From assembly GCF_052425735.1 (NCBI RefSeq), contig NC_135760.1, positions 29,512,001 to 29,576,000 on the forward strand: 64,000 bases of DNA, in the 5' to 3' direction. Position 1 is the stretch's first letter. Every line of letters starts with the position of its first letter. Positions 13,971 to 26,657 of this stretch are shown piece by piece. Source of the DNA: Oculina patagonica (taxonomy: Eukaryota). Position numbers and translations under genes: made by a program. The notes beneath the pieces were generated by a model. It did not search any database, was not told the origin of the DNA, and saw only the letters and a program-made list of their open reading frames with translations.

Positions 13971-14142
13971 TAAAGGTGGATTTCCACTGACGCGTAATTT
14001 TTTACGTGCGTGAAAAAATTAGAGACAATGTATGAACGACTTGCGTACACGTTTACGCAAGTCGTTCATACATTGTCTCTAATTTTATTTTCACGCACGT
14101 AAACGCACGTAAAAAATACGCGTCAGAAGAAATTCACCTTTA
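13971..14142. mobile_element. Palindromic MITE
   Basis: taaaggtg..tttc..ctgacgcgta...attagagacaatgtatgaacgacttgcgta mirrored across the centre. Confidence 0.7.
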
Positions 14143-15272
14143 CTCTCTTCTCGATGAAAACTGCCTCTTGTGTTTGATATTTTACTTAAAACTAGCAATG
14201 GTATATTGCAATTCGTGCGTTTTGATTGGTTGGCATCCAATGGTATATGAAAAAACGCCTGATCGCAGGTTATATACACCATTGACCACAAATATGGTAT
14301 CTGATACGCGTCAACGAAAACAGCTTGGGCGCTTAAATGTATAATAAAACAATTATCTCACGTTTGCGCTTGTTGGATATGAGATAATTATAGCCAACTC
14401 AGCGCTATGCACCTCGTTGGCTATCTACCACCTCGTATCCAACGCGCGCTCGTTGTTAAGTACACCACTCGAAAGCGTTGCATAACTACTGTAGTATGTA
14501 CTCAGTAAAAACCATAAAGGAATATGAGTTCCAAGGTTTTCCAATGACTGATCTGGAGGGCCAGATGGGAAAAAATATTCGGCTCAAGATTATGGAGCCG
14601 CATATTTTCACGTCCTGCCGTACCTAAAATCTTTCATAACATTTTGTCATACAACCTTTATCAAACTTTGAGTATGTTGCAAAGTTGCAAAAAATGTCTT
14701 GCTGAATGTTCTGAATTGGACGCGCTAAATAAATTGCCGACATGTGTGGGGTAGGAGGTTTCTACAGTACCAACATTTGTAAATGAACTTGTCAACCCTA
14801 CACACGTCCGTTCGCTGTATTGTTTTGGGTTATTGTGCTCGTGGATAATCGGCTAGGAATAATGAATAGAATATTGTTCTGAGCAATTTGTAAATCTATG
14901 CGTACATCGATCTATAAAGCAGGTCACGCCGACAGAGTTTTAAATAAACACTTTTAAAAAATTTTTGAGGAACTAAGAAAAAGTCAACACTAAAGTTCAG
15001 ACTTGAAGCGAGTTTTATGTTATTCTTACAAAATTCATCGACAAAATGTTAATTTGAGTTAATTAGTCTCCGATCACTTCGCGTCACTCTTTTCTACTAA
15101 ACGCCGCGTTGTGGATAACTTCTTCGAACAGAAGATGAACAACTTTATCTCTGTTCTTTCTCACTCTGTTTTTTTTTTTACCCCAGCCACCAGCCAAAGT
15201 ATCTCATTGTTACAGATCACCAGCCGTACAGATCGCAGGCAAACTCCGTAGTTTCTTGACGTTATCTCAGAG

Positions 15273-15854
15273 TTATATGTCGCTAGACATTGTTTTCTTG
15301 AGTTCAGGCTTCGGAACCAAGTTCTGCAAAAGCTTTCTGAATCTGGGATCGAGTGTAGCGTCTTTCTCGCTAGATTTCCTTATCAAATGTGGCGATAACA
15401 GAGCAGGCAATGTAGTTGTTTCTGAGTGGTAAACGTGATCGGAAATTGGTTTACACGCAACTTTTGGCAGATGCATATCTTCTACTGAGCTGTATGGGCT
15501 CCGTTCCGGTGAAGAATCTTCCGTACTTTCAAAGCGTTTCTTCGCAATTCGAGTCATCGTCGAACTGCGTCTTATTCCCCCATCCTCAATTGGAGGCAAG
15601 TTTAATATTTCGGGAGTGGATTTACCCCGACGCAGTAAATTTTTTCTCATTCCTTTGATGGCATGTGCTTTCTCCCATCGCAGCCGACTTTCTTCCTTCT
15701 TCTGCCAGAGTTTTATGTGATTAATCTCATCCTCCAGTTTTGTGTCTTCGAAAACGTTGTCCTTTAGAATAACCTGTCCTGTTTTACTGTCTTTGACTTT
15801 CAGAGCCGTGTGTACTCCGCGAGCTCTGATAAGTTCTCTTGTCCTTGATTCCAT
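15273..15854 (-). CDS. Uncharacterised basic, partly coiled-coil protein (~193 aa from the first ATG)
   Basis: Long ORF in AT-rich DNA with protein-like composition, ending DPRFRKLLQNLVP...; the ORF track starts at a GTG (15923) and the first ATG is at 15854. Confidence 0.6.
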   Translation of the reverse strand: MESRTRELIRARGVHTALKVKDSKTGQVILKDNVFEDTKLEDEINHIKLWQKKEESRLRWEKAHAIKGMRKNLLRRGKSTPEILNLPPIEDGGIRRSSTMTRIAKKRFESTEDSSPERSPYSSVEDMHLPKVACKPISDHVYHSETTTLPALLSPHLIRKSSEKDATLDPRFRKLLQNLVPKPELKKTMSSDI

Positions 15855-16774
15855 TGCTCTATTTGTTTTTAGCTGATTAACTGTTAATTGCTGAACAAAC
15901 GTGCTGTCTGAATGAATTGTCACTTAGTCACGGTATTTCTCAGCATGTAGTGCTAGTTTTGAGCAACGGGTTTCCACTTATTTGTGGTAATAAACAACTG
16001 TAATATAAACAATTTCTCGAACATTCTCTGATTCGTGAAGTGAAGTGAAGTGTGTTAAGCTGTGATGTGGACCATACAATTCTTTTCAAATTCTTTCCCA
16101 TTATTAACCTTTTTCTATTGTGTTGGCACGCCTTAGCACTGACTGTTTGAGTACAAAGCAATTTGCATGTTTTATTCCCTCCTTTGACTCGTCAACTGAT
16201 GCAATTTATTATTTATTCATTTATCCAGGTACATCTAATTAGCCAAAGCTAGTTTAAATACAGCCCTGACTAAAAGTAAAGTATTAGTACCGTATTTATT
16301 CGATTAAGCGCTCAACCTTGAATGAGCGCCCACCTCGAAAAAGGGCCCACCCTGTTTAATATTTCGGGAGTGGATTTACCCCGACGCAGTAAAGAGTCGA
16401 GTAAGCGTCCACGTGAGTGAGTTCAAACATCTTTGGAACTTCGTTTAAGTCTTTGGGAAAGTTCGTTTATTTTTGGAAAGGTTTGAAAAACGATCGGAAT
16501 CGTTCGTATGGCCTTCGAACAACAATTGGAGAAATTTTCGGAAATCTTCGGTCTAGGAACTGCTCAGAAATCGAAAAGTTGCTGGAACGGAAAAACGTTT
16601 CTCCAAATATGAAAACCTGCCGAGTATTTTTGGGACAGTCTTAACCCCCCCCCCCCCCCCCAAAAAAAAAAAAAAAAAAAAAACGTTCAAAAACGCTCCG
16701 CCGCCTCTGATACACAGTGCGAAAATATTTCCTTTTTTTACAAATACACAGTCATAAATAAGTTATAAATATGA

Positions 16775-16810
<36 letters not shown>

Positions 16811-19800
16811 GCTGTTGTTGTTTTTCCGAAGAAAAGAAGGCTAATGCTCATTTTAACAAGAACTGCAAGCAGTTTATAATCGTGCGGGTAATGTTTGACC
16901 TCCTGACCTCTTTCAGTGCTTTGGCTTAAAGGCACGGCACCGCACAGTAAAATATTTAGAAAAGCAGTCACTTGAGAAACACACAAGTCGTGTTTGCGTT
17001 TGTCACGGAGTGAACGTGACATGAATTTCCTTTACCACGTCATCTTTTTCTTTTTAAAACCACATGCCTAGCCGGAAAAATGCCTGCTTACGCATGCAAA
17101 TATTTATTTTGTTCCAAATGTTCAATAAAATAACCCAAACCAGTTCATTTAAAAGAAAGCCAAATCACGCCAAAATAAAGAGTAGACTATTAAGGCCATC
17201 CCATTGTATTTCTCCGTTTAGCGTCTTCCGACAAGCTTTTGGTAATTCCGCGATGACGTGTATCCCGTGCTTTGACACATTCTTGCTGAGCTTGCAACTT
17301 ACATTTCGATAACGTTTCGATTCTCAAAATACCGTAAACTCAAAACAAAAATTGGGATATCCAGAAAATAAGTCGTTGTTTTGCAATATTTAACACGTTC
17401 CGGCTAAATTGTACGACTTGTACTTGCTCCGAGCCAAACGCTTGAGTAACACAACAATAAGTATTTCACACAAACAGAGCGCAGAGTATTCAAACAGAAA
17501 ATAGGTGAATGATTATTTATAGCTACAAGCGAGAGATCGCGTGACATGGGTCTGACGTAGTGGTAGTTTTAAATAGCTTGGACATGTCCAAGCGGTCTTT
17601 GTTTTCTCTATGTGATTATATTCAGCCCTCTCTTCTTGTAAAATATGGAATGAAACAAAATTATACATTTCAGAGAGCAGAGTGTTCATGTTAAACGCGA
17701 GTGATCAGCTGATCGCTATTAAATATTAAATCTTGCGTGACCGTGACAGAAGAGCCGGCTCAACAATGCTATTGCATCACAGCTCACTGCGGTTTTGAAA
17801 TCTGTCATGACCTAATGGTTCTTTATTTAGCTTGCACCACTTGTACATGTCAAACTGCGTTGTTTTGCGGTATTCAGTACAGTCCGGGTATGTAATACGG
17901 CGTTTTGTTTTCACTCTGAGTCAAACGCTTCAATAAAACAGTTCTTCCTCATAAAATTTCTTTAAAGTGGAGTCTGGCTGAAAAAAATGCACTGCAGTGA
18001 CGCTTGCAGTTTCCGGCGAAGACAAAATTGCGTGAATGACGTAGTGTTTACTACGAAAATAGCTTTCACAATTTGAATATTTAGTACTCGCTCTGAGACA
18101 AACGTAAGAATCTCCAAAAAGATGTTTCAGATTGATTTTTTTTTTTCAAGATAAGACCAAGAAATGTTTCGAAAAGTATTTGAATTTCGAAAGTTTTGAA
18201 GCCGTACAAATTGTGCGTGTCTGAGCCGTGGAATTTATTGCGTTCACAATAATAGTTTGGACATGGCAAAGAAAGCAAGATTTTGCAATGCGAATCTCCA
18301 GTACTCGCTCCAAGTCAAGACTTAAATGCCGGACACAAAAATATATATATATTTCGCGTTTAACAGAGCATAGAGTACTCGTAAAATTAGACGGGAATGA
18401 ATTTGTAACACAGCTTCCAGGGAGTGAACATTAAAACTTGTACGATTTGAACGTAATATTTCGCAAGTAATGAAAACTTGCGTGACCGTGACCAAGGGAT
18501 CGGCTGGGCCGCGAGGTTCTGGAACGATTTACCGACAAAAAAAAAAAAAAACGACAAAATCTGACACAGATTATGAATCGGGCCCAGGCCCCGCCCGATT
18601 AATGAGCTCATTCATTAAAGCACTTCAATATACCCACATATCATTCCTTTCATTCAAACAGTTTAACTATAGAGTGCAGCTGAGTGCTGCACGGCTTCCT
18701 TCCCAGTCTCCAACATGGTTGCCGTGGAAACCTTCATTCTGATGGAAACACTATGATACAGATTTAGCCTTCCACAATAGCCGTCTCTCTGTTCCCTGCT
18801 GGCCGGCATGAATATCATTAGTAACAGATTATCACGTGACAGCTATCAAACCTTCGATTTATAGTTTCCCGACTAAATTGAGAAAGTGAGAAAGCCTTTT
18901 GAAGGTAGGTAAAATATATATTTTGTTTCACACCATAGAAATTTTTTTGGAAATTAGAAATCGTTGTGAGAGCAAACGATGTTTCCAACACATAAAGCTC
19001 TAGGGAAACAGACACGCAAGCGGATCACGTAATAAGTTCTGCTACCGAGTTTGGTCAAAAATCTGTAACGAAAAAACCGGAGTTGGTTTGTGATCATTTT
19101 CTTCGTTCGTTTTGATCGAAATTTACCCGCAAGTCTATGTAAGTTTTATTCACGTTTGGCCAACCAATGCTAGTCGACGCATTCAACTCGGTCTTGTTGT
19201 TCTGTTGCGGTGTTTTGATAAATCCGACAGCTGAAGCGTCAACTGTAAGATTGCCTGTACCGGCGAGCAGGCTTGGGAGTCCGTCTAGCTACATGTACAG
19301 AAGGTACGTGGGGTGAGTCCGGCTAGGCGCAACTTCAGTATACTTTAAAACATGTTTTGATATTAAGGACTAAGCGTTCCCTTGGCCCTAGTAGAACTAC
19401 CTTCTAAGAATGCCGCGCAAGTACTAGTTGACTGTACGTGTTCGCTCAGTGAGCGCTGTATCCTGATCGGGATGGCTTTTCGGTGCTGTTGGTAGTGGAC
19501 GATGCCAAAACTGATTCTAGAACTATAATAACGGAACTGTAACTAGCGATCGCGTGACCGTGAGATTTAATCATGTTGTGCTTTGAATTCTCAGTGGTAC
19601 CAAGTGCTCTATGTGTCTAAAGATACATGAAGAAATACACTGAGTCAGGCTGGTGATCCCTGAATTTTTCTGTGGAGGATCTTTTGGTTGGTTGAGGTCT
19701 TCAGTGACTTTCGTCCCTTCGGTAGAACTTGAGAAATCGATACTCCACATCTCCAAGATCTCCCAACTGTAAAACTGCTTAGCCTTGTCTTATTGTTAGT

Positions 19801-21982
19801 TGATCAGTATATGATGGGTTTTAATCAACTGAACTCGCTTTGACTACCGCGACCCTGTTTAAACTAAGTGTTCCAGTTTTTAGTTACATTGTAAGGTTTG
19901 GCTCTATACCTTTTTTGTCAAACTTGCACTAAATCCATAATCCAAGAAGCTTGCATCAGTCAGAGCAATTATGTTTGTCTTTTAAATTTATTCATCTGTT
20001 ATAGATTACTTAGCGTGCTGAAGTTTGAATTTTTGATGCAGCTCGACTCTACCATAAAAAATGTATAGGTTAGAGTCGAAAGTGTTCCCAGAATTCTTTA
20101 GCTTGAACTCAATATAATATTGCTTTTAGCTCTCACAATGACAACTCATGAAGTGGGACTTCATGATTATAACAAACCGCAAAGACATAAACCCATTCAA
20201 AAGGAACGACCACAAGCAGCGAGCACCGCCTTATTTATTATTGATCTGATATACGTACAAGGCGTCGCGGAATAAATGTTAGTTTCTGCAAAACAATCAT
20301 TTTACATGGCAGTTGCATTCTTGGCTGTTGTCTCACCGAATACAGGACAAACGTTAACAACTTACATTAGGCAACTGAAACAAATTCAACTGAGTACACC
20401 AGCTCAAATAGTAAGAAATCAGTAGTCTGTCAAGTGTTGCGGCAAGTGGATAGTCGAAGTAATCTGCGATGTTACCTAAACTCGGCCTCGGATGCTTGAG
20501 TAAAGTAACATTTCACAATTTAATACTGCCGTAAAGTTTGTGTCAGGAATAAAAATGAAGAAATACATGTAAGGATTGTTGGGACTGATAAAACAACAGA
20601 GACCTTCAGGATAGTTTTCGCTATCATGTGGAATATATGGTTGTTTTATTATACATATATGCCAATGAATACTATAAATTCCGGCTCCGTCACTTAGAAT
20701 TATAAGCCCTTGCTAGCAACACAGTCAGTGACAGTAATTTACAGATGCTACTTTTGACTTAACACGCGGCCAAAGAAGTTTTTACTCTCGGTCACCAGAA
20801 TTTTTTTTCACTTAATCGCGCTTATTGAAAAGCACCCGTCGTGCATGCAAATTACGACAATGTTCCTTACCGACTACTTGGTCTTAATAAGCCTTATGTT
20901 ACTTATTCAATTTTACACTAATACAGAAAATGAAAAAAGTAACAAAGATCTAAAAGGAACGACTGAAAACATGATTTTAACTCTACTCTGAAAAGTACTT
21001 AGGTTCTTTCTTTTAATAATTTCGTTACTGCTACAGACAAAACTCTTCAGTACATTACATCTCTGCCATACTTATTACAATGCTTACATTTAACATTACA
21101 ACAATAACATTACATTAAAAAGAATTACTTGCATTATTTATAAAAAACAAAGCTAAACAAATCAAATTCAAAAATAATATTGTTATGTTGTAGTGCTGAT
21201 ATGATCAGATAAATTTGCAACCTCGTCCCCAGGGCGCTTCCACTGTATTTTGGAACTACTAACAGTCCTTTTTTTGGCGGAGCGATGCTTTCTTCTGAGT
21301 TTATACTTATTTCAAGTGTCTGTTAAATATTTAGGACCAATTTCATAATGTGCCCGTATATTTTGCTGTCAGAATGTTATGATTTCTGACTATAGCTAAT
21401 TCGTTCCCATGTTTTACTCGTCAAAAAACTACATTTTCAGCCGCCGCCTCTAGCCGCTTAGAGAAAGGTTGTCAATAGGCCACCCTAATAAATCGTTTCC
21501 TCAAACTTGAAATTGCCGAGCTAAAAAACTTTTATTTCCATAAAGGTGCTAGAGCACGCGCCAAAGGCCTCGATTCAAGGAATAAGGAATTCGTTGATGG
21601 CTTTGAACGTGCAGAATTTGGGGTCACTGCCAGTTTTAAGTGCAAGCATGCTTTATATTAGATTTTACCTGATTTGCAGCTTGTTTGCACATGCAATGTA
21701 ACCATGCAGGAGGCGGCCAGGAGTGGCCAGTGCTGGTGCCAGGCCCCTTTCCGTTTAAAATCGTATGTTTGTCTGTCTTGATATGAATTGAAAACACTAA
21801 AAACAAGACGACTTGTCTGTCTAGTTTTCACACTAGACGAACAAATCGTCAGACGACTTGTCCGTCAAGACGATTTGTCCGTCTTTTAGTGTGAAAACAG
21901 CCAACACTATAGATGAAAAATGTTCTTTTAACCTGATTATTATGGCTGTTCTCCTATTCTTGTATAGATTGAAAGCATCACA

Positions 21983-23242
21983 ATGATATGGAAGCGAAGA
22001 CGAGGGAAGAAGTGTTTTCTATTGAGATTTCCACTGTGGCTTCAAGTTATCATAGCTGCTTGGCTTTCGTTTTCTGCTGTCTTTGGTGTTTATTTGGCCA
22101 ACTCTGCTTCCCTACAACATTCAGACACTGTAAGCAACAGAAGATACGATAAAATAGGGCTTCCCGAGACAGTTTCCATGCACCAGTATAACAAACGACA
22201 ATCAAGAACAGCGAGGAGAAACTTGATTATTATAGCTCATGGTCGCTCGGGATCTTCATTCACAGGAGACATTTTCAATCACCACCCTGATGTATTTTAC
22301 ATGTACGAACCGTTGCAGACGGTGGAGAGAACCCGGAAGGACTTCAAGTTAGATTACAACAGCCTTGCGCAAAAGTTCTTAAGCAATGTACTGCAGTGTG
22401 ACTTCAGTGAACCAATCTTCCTTGCTGACATCGAAAGATATTATCGCAAACCAGCTCACCCACAAATCAGTCAAGCTATCGCTTCACCGCCTCTTTGTCC
22501 TTACAACATATCAGACGCGAGATGGGATTTCAGACAATGTCCCAAAATGTCAAGCGAAACACTTGGAAATGCGTGTAAAAATTATTACAAACTCACTGTT
22601 ATAAAAGTGCTTATGAAGCGCATTCCGTACAACAGTCTAGAAAAGACTTTATCTGCCTGCGATTCTCAAGATATAAACTGTAAAGTTGTGTTGTTAATAA
22701 GAGATCCTCGTGCGGTGATCCCGTCATCTTTGAGTGTGAGCTTCTATAAAGAAGAGGGCGGAAATGCCAAGCTAGGAACGAGAATGTTTAGCTACAAGTT
22801 ATGTAAGCAGACCGAGGAAAGTTTAAACTCTGTTAAAAATCTTCCCGCTTGGATGCGAAGCCAAATCAAAGTGTTACGATATGAAGACTTAGCAAAAAAT
22901 CCCTTGGAGGAAATGAAGCGCTTGTACAAGTTTGCTGGGTTGTCGGTTTTAGAGAGTGTCACGACTTGGTTAAATGAAAGCACTCATCCAACCAAAAGCA
23001 GATCAAACATGAAGATACAAGGCAGCCAAGCTGCGTTTACTGTGGATGACGCGCAAGCCGCCATTAATCGGTGGAGATGGAAAGTGCATCCTTACGAAAT
23101 AACTATCATTGAACACTACTGCAGGCATGTGATGCAGTTAATGGGATACAGGCCTGTGGACAGATCACATGAACTACAGGCTAACATTTCAATTCCTCTT
23201 GTCAATGGTGATTATGAAGCGAAGAATTGGTTACGAGATTAA
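21983..23242 (+). CDS. Golgi carbohydrate sulfotransferase (CHST1/3/4-like GlcNAc/Gal 6-O family), single coding exon
   Basis: N-terminal type II TM, 5'-PSB RSGSSFTG, YMYEP, 3'-PB RDPRAVIPS, RYEDL, C-terminal CRHVMQLMGY; splice acceptor just upstream. Confidence 0.92.
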   Translation: MIWKRRRGKKCFLLRFPLWLQVIIAAWLSFSAVFGVYLANSASLQHSDTVSNRRYDKIGLPETVSMHQYNKRQSRTARRNLIIIAHGRSGSSFTGDIFNHHPDVFYMYEPLQTVERTRKDFKLDYNSLAQKFLSNVLQCDFSEPIFLADIERYYRKPAHPQISQAIASPPLCPYNISDARWDFRQCPKMSSETLGNACKNYYKLTVIKVLMKRIPYNSLEKTLSACDSQDINCKVVLLIRDPRAVIPSSLSVSFYKEEGGNAKLGTRMFSYKLCKQTEESLNSVKNLPAWMRSQIKVLRYEDLAKNPLEEMKRLYKFAGLSVLESVTTWLNESTHPTKSRSNMKIQGSQAAFTVDDAQAAINRWRWKVHPYEITIIEHYCRHVMQLMGYRPVDRSHELQANISIPLVNGDYEAKNWLRD

Positions 23243-24365
23243 GACAAGTAACAGTAGATTTGCTTCTAAAATTTCACACTGGTGGCGTAGCATTACAGAG
23301 ATCCGTTTCTCGGTCGCGATTTTGTCACAACTGACCTCAAGTGTCATGTTTTGGGACCAGGTTGTGGTATGGTGTCTTGATTGACCGTAAGCGTGCATGC
23401 TATGGGACCAGGTTGCGGTATAGTGACTTGGTTATAATATAACAAATTTAGACACTTATCTCTGTAAATTTTTGCCATCAGTGTGGAATTTTTCAAGTCG
23501 ATCCTCAGAGGTCTCTACATCACTGACATAATTCAGTCCACGCGCACCAATCAACTCTTTTCTTTTCTGGTGGTTTAAAGGATGATTTTGGCTATATCCG
23601 TGGGATAAATCACTATCCATTTATAGATAGCCAGCCTTATCCAACCTTTGAATAACCAGGCCTGATTTATACAGTTATGCTCCATGAGGATAAAATGGTG
23701 TCTGAATCGAGCTCTGATTGGTTGTTACTAGCACGCGTAAATTCATTAATGAGCGACGATGGTACGTCATAGGTATGGAATTTTTCGGCTCCATCAGATG
23801 TCTCGTTTGATGTCGAGCAATAAAAGACATCTGCTTTAATACTGGAGTCTGTTCTCATATCCCGAAATAAATGCATAAGTAAGGACAAAAATCTGGTAAA
23901 TTTATTTATTTTAAATTTTTAGCTTGGGTTTGCCGTCTAAATCAATAGTCGTCTCTTCAAAGTCGCTCCAAAGTCAAACTAAATGTATTAATCCCGAGGC
24001 ACGAGTGCCGAAACGGCGTATGCACCGGGTATTTGTACTGATAAGTGTTTTTTAAAACACTTGTCAGTACAAATACACTAGTAGTTTAAAAAAACTACTA
24101 GTGACAGCATTTTCAACTAAAACACATTCTTTCCACAGTCGCAATTGGATGTCCTCTAGCTGTTTGGTTTGACGAGCTTTCTGTGTTATGCTCTCTTTAC
24201 ATTCCAGTTAACTTAATTCCTCCTTGTCTTGGCGATTCCGAACGAACATGCAGCCATGCGCAGTCCTGAGACGGCGAACTGATAGATATTAAACAATGGA
24301 AAGTGAAGTACGCATGAATTTGAAACAGTCGAAAGTCCCAAGTTTCTCCTGTGTAATACGCGATG

Positions 24366-26596
24366 TTACTTCTGAATTTCTTCACTGCCAGATAAGGGAG
24401 ATCGGTTTTCCAAGATAGAGCGAAGGTAATCTTCCATGACGCGTTGGACTGAAAAAGAAAAAATCACTGTTACAATTGTGCTTTTCCAAAAATACGAAGG
24501 AACTGGGTGGGGCAGGCGTTTGACGCGGAAAAGCTTAGGGGATGTGTTTGTAGTTTGACAACAGTAACAGTAAAATCTGTCTCGTAGAATTCTGAAAATA
24601 ATCTTGGGCAAAAAAATGCTGAATTTGCAGTTAAAGATGGGCATAACAAAATTTAAACTGGTCTGACACTGAACGTACTGAACGAAATACATGTTGAATG
24701 CAACGTTCAAGAAACTAAACCATGAAAAAACTAAGTTTTTAATTTAGTTTTTTGAGAACGTTGTATATTACGTTAGGTACTTCAGTAAATGTCAGACAAG
24801 TTTAAATTTTGTTAATCTTGCGCTTATCTTATGGAAGGGTTTATTTTCGGACTCAAAGGGATTCATCGTTTGGAATTTTAGGTGCATGTAAAAATGCCAG
24901 ATGGTTGGTCACGAAACGGAAGTCAAAACTTTGAACAGACAACAATCTTAACAGGCCTGCATGAAATGAACATCAAAAGGATCTTTTGCGTCAGATATCT
25001 GCGGCTTATCTTTGGCACAGTTTGGTGCTGGCTCTCAAAGCCTCTGGTGAGTTCATGGGCTGGTATCCAGTCTGCTGGCAGGTTTGCCCTGCAACTGCTA
25101 AGATCCCACACTGCAGATGTCTCTTGCGTTATTAGTGACTTACCATTTTTGTTGCCTACTCCCACAGCAAGACTCAAAGCAGTATGCCCTTCATTGTTTG
25201 TTGCTGTTAAGTCTGCTCCGTGTTCTAAATAAAAGTATTAGCGTTTAATATATCACTTACTGATACAGCTACCTGCAACGAGAAAATCGCCACGGTGTTC
25301 TTTTCTTGTCCTGCTGATATCAATATTCAATTTATTACCTTTTTCTTACTTATTTTCGCGCATATTTAATTTCACGGAAATTCGGGAGCTGTATTTTACG
25401 CAATTCCAGGAAAAAAAGTGAACAAAGGGACATTAAATTTCGCGATTTTGCCATCCCTTTCATCTCACAAACCCTTATTTGGGTCATTGTTGAAATGGAT
25501 CATACGTCAACACGGTCAAAGATAAATGCAAAGAATAAGGAAATACTGGCAAGATCAAAAGCCCGGTTAAATCTAACTACAAGGACGGAGCCTACACTTG
25601 GAGAATTCACTGTACTAAAGAGGTTTTGGCTGATTTACAAGCTGAAGACAACAGCGAGTTAGAGAAAAAGTGCTTGTCGAAAACAAGACCAGAAAGATAT
25701 ACAGTTTCAAGGACAGAATATTTAAAATGATTTAAAATATCTTATATGGTATGGTATTAAATTTCGCGTGTTCGACTTTTGTGCACTTTTTTTTTCGTGA
25801 GTACCTGGAATTTTTTCTTAATACGCAAAAATCGCGAAATGTACCAACAAACAATTAAAACAGATACAGTACAAACAGCTAAACATCGCTAGCTTGGGAC
25901 TTTATTTGATTAAACAGCACTTTAAATTACTTGGAAAACTACTTCAAAACTCATTAAGGTTAGGAGATGTTTGCTTACCGAGTAGAAGCTTGACCACTTG
26001 CGGATAGCCATTATAAGCCGCATACATAAGTGGGGTTCCTCCTTCCTGCATACAGAAATTCAGTTGCATGGTAAACACATGTATAAACATCCCATTTGTA
26101 AGCCCTGGGCCTATTTAGGGGAGAGCTTAGTTCTAGGAGGGTGTTTTTAAAAGGTAGTACAAGAAAATGTTTCGGTATGAGCCGTTAAAAGAACGATTTG
26201 AGAGTAACTTATATAAGGAATTATCAAGGCACATATTTTATTTAATGACAAGGGTTAGTGATATTTCTACGCGACAGTCGAGGCATGGAAGCATAACCCT
26301 GAGATGCCCGAAATACTCGCGTGAAACCGAGGGAGGAAGGACTTTTGCAGTCACGGCAGCGAAAGAGTGGAATAAGCTCCCTACTAACATTAGATCTAGT
26401 CAGAATGTTAAGCTTTTTAAAAATAATTATGTAAATTACCTTAAGGAATCTTACGTAGGTCTCGACCATTTCTCTATTTCTTAAGTTAAACTCTATTTTA
26501 GTACTTTGTTTTTAGTCATTTTAATTGTATAATATAATGAGGGCCACTAGTTTCTCAGTTTTTAACCGTAAAGTGTTTTTACCCTCGTTAAATAAA

Positions 26597-26657
<61 letters not shown>

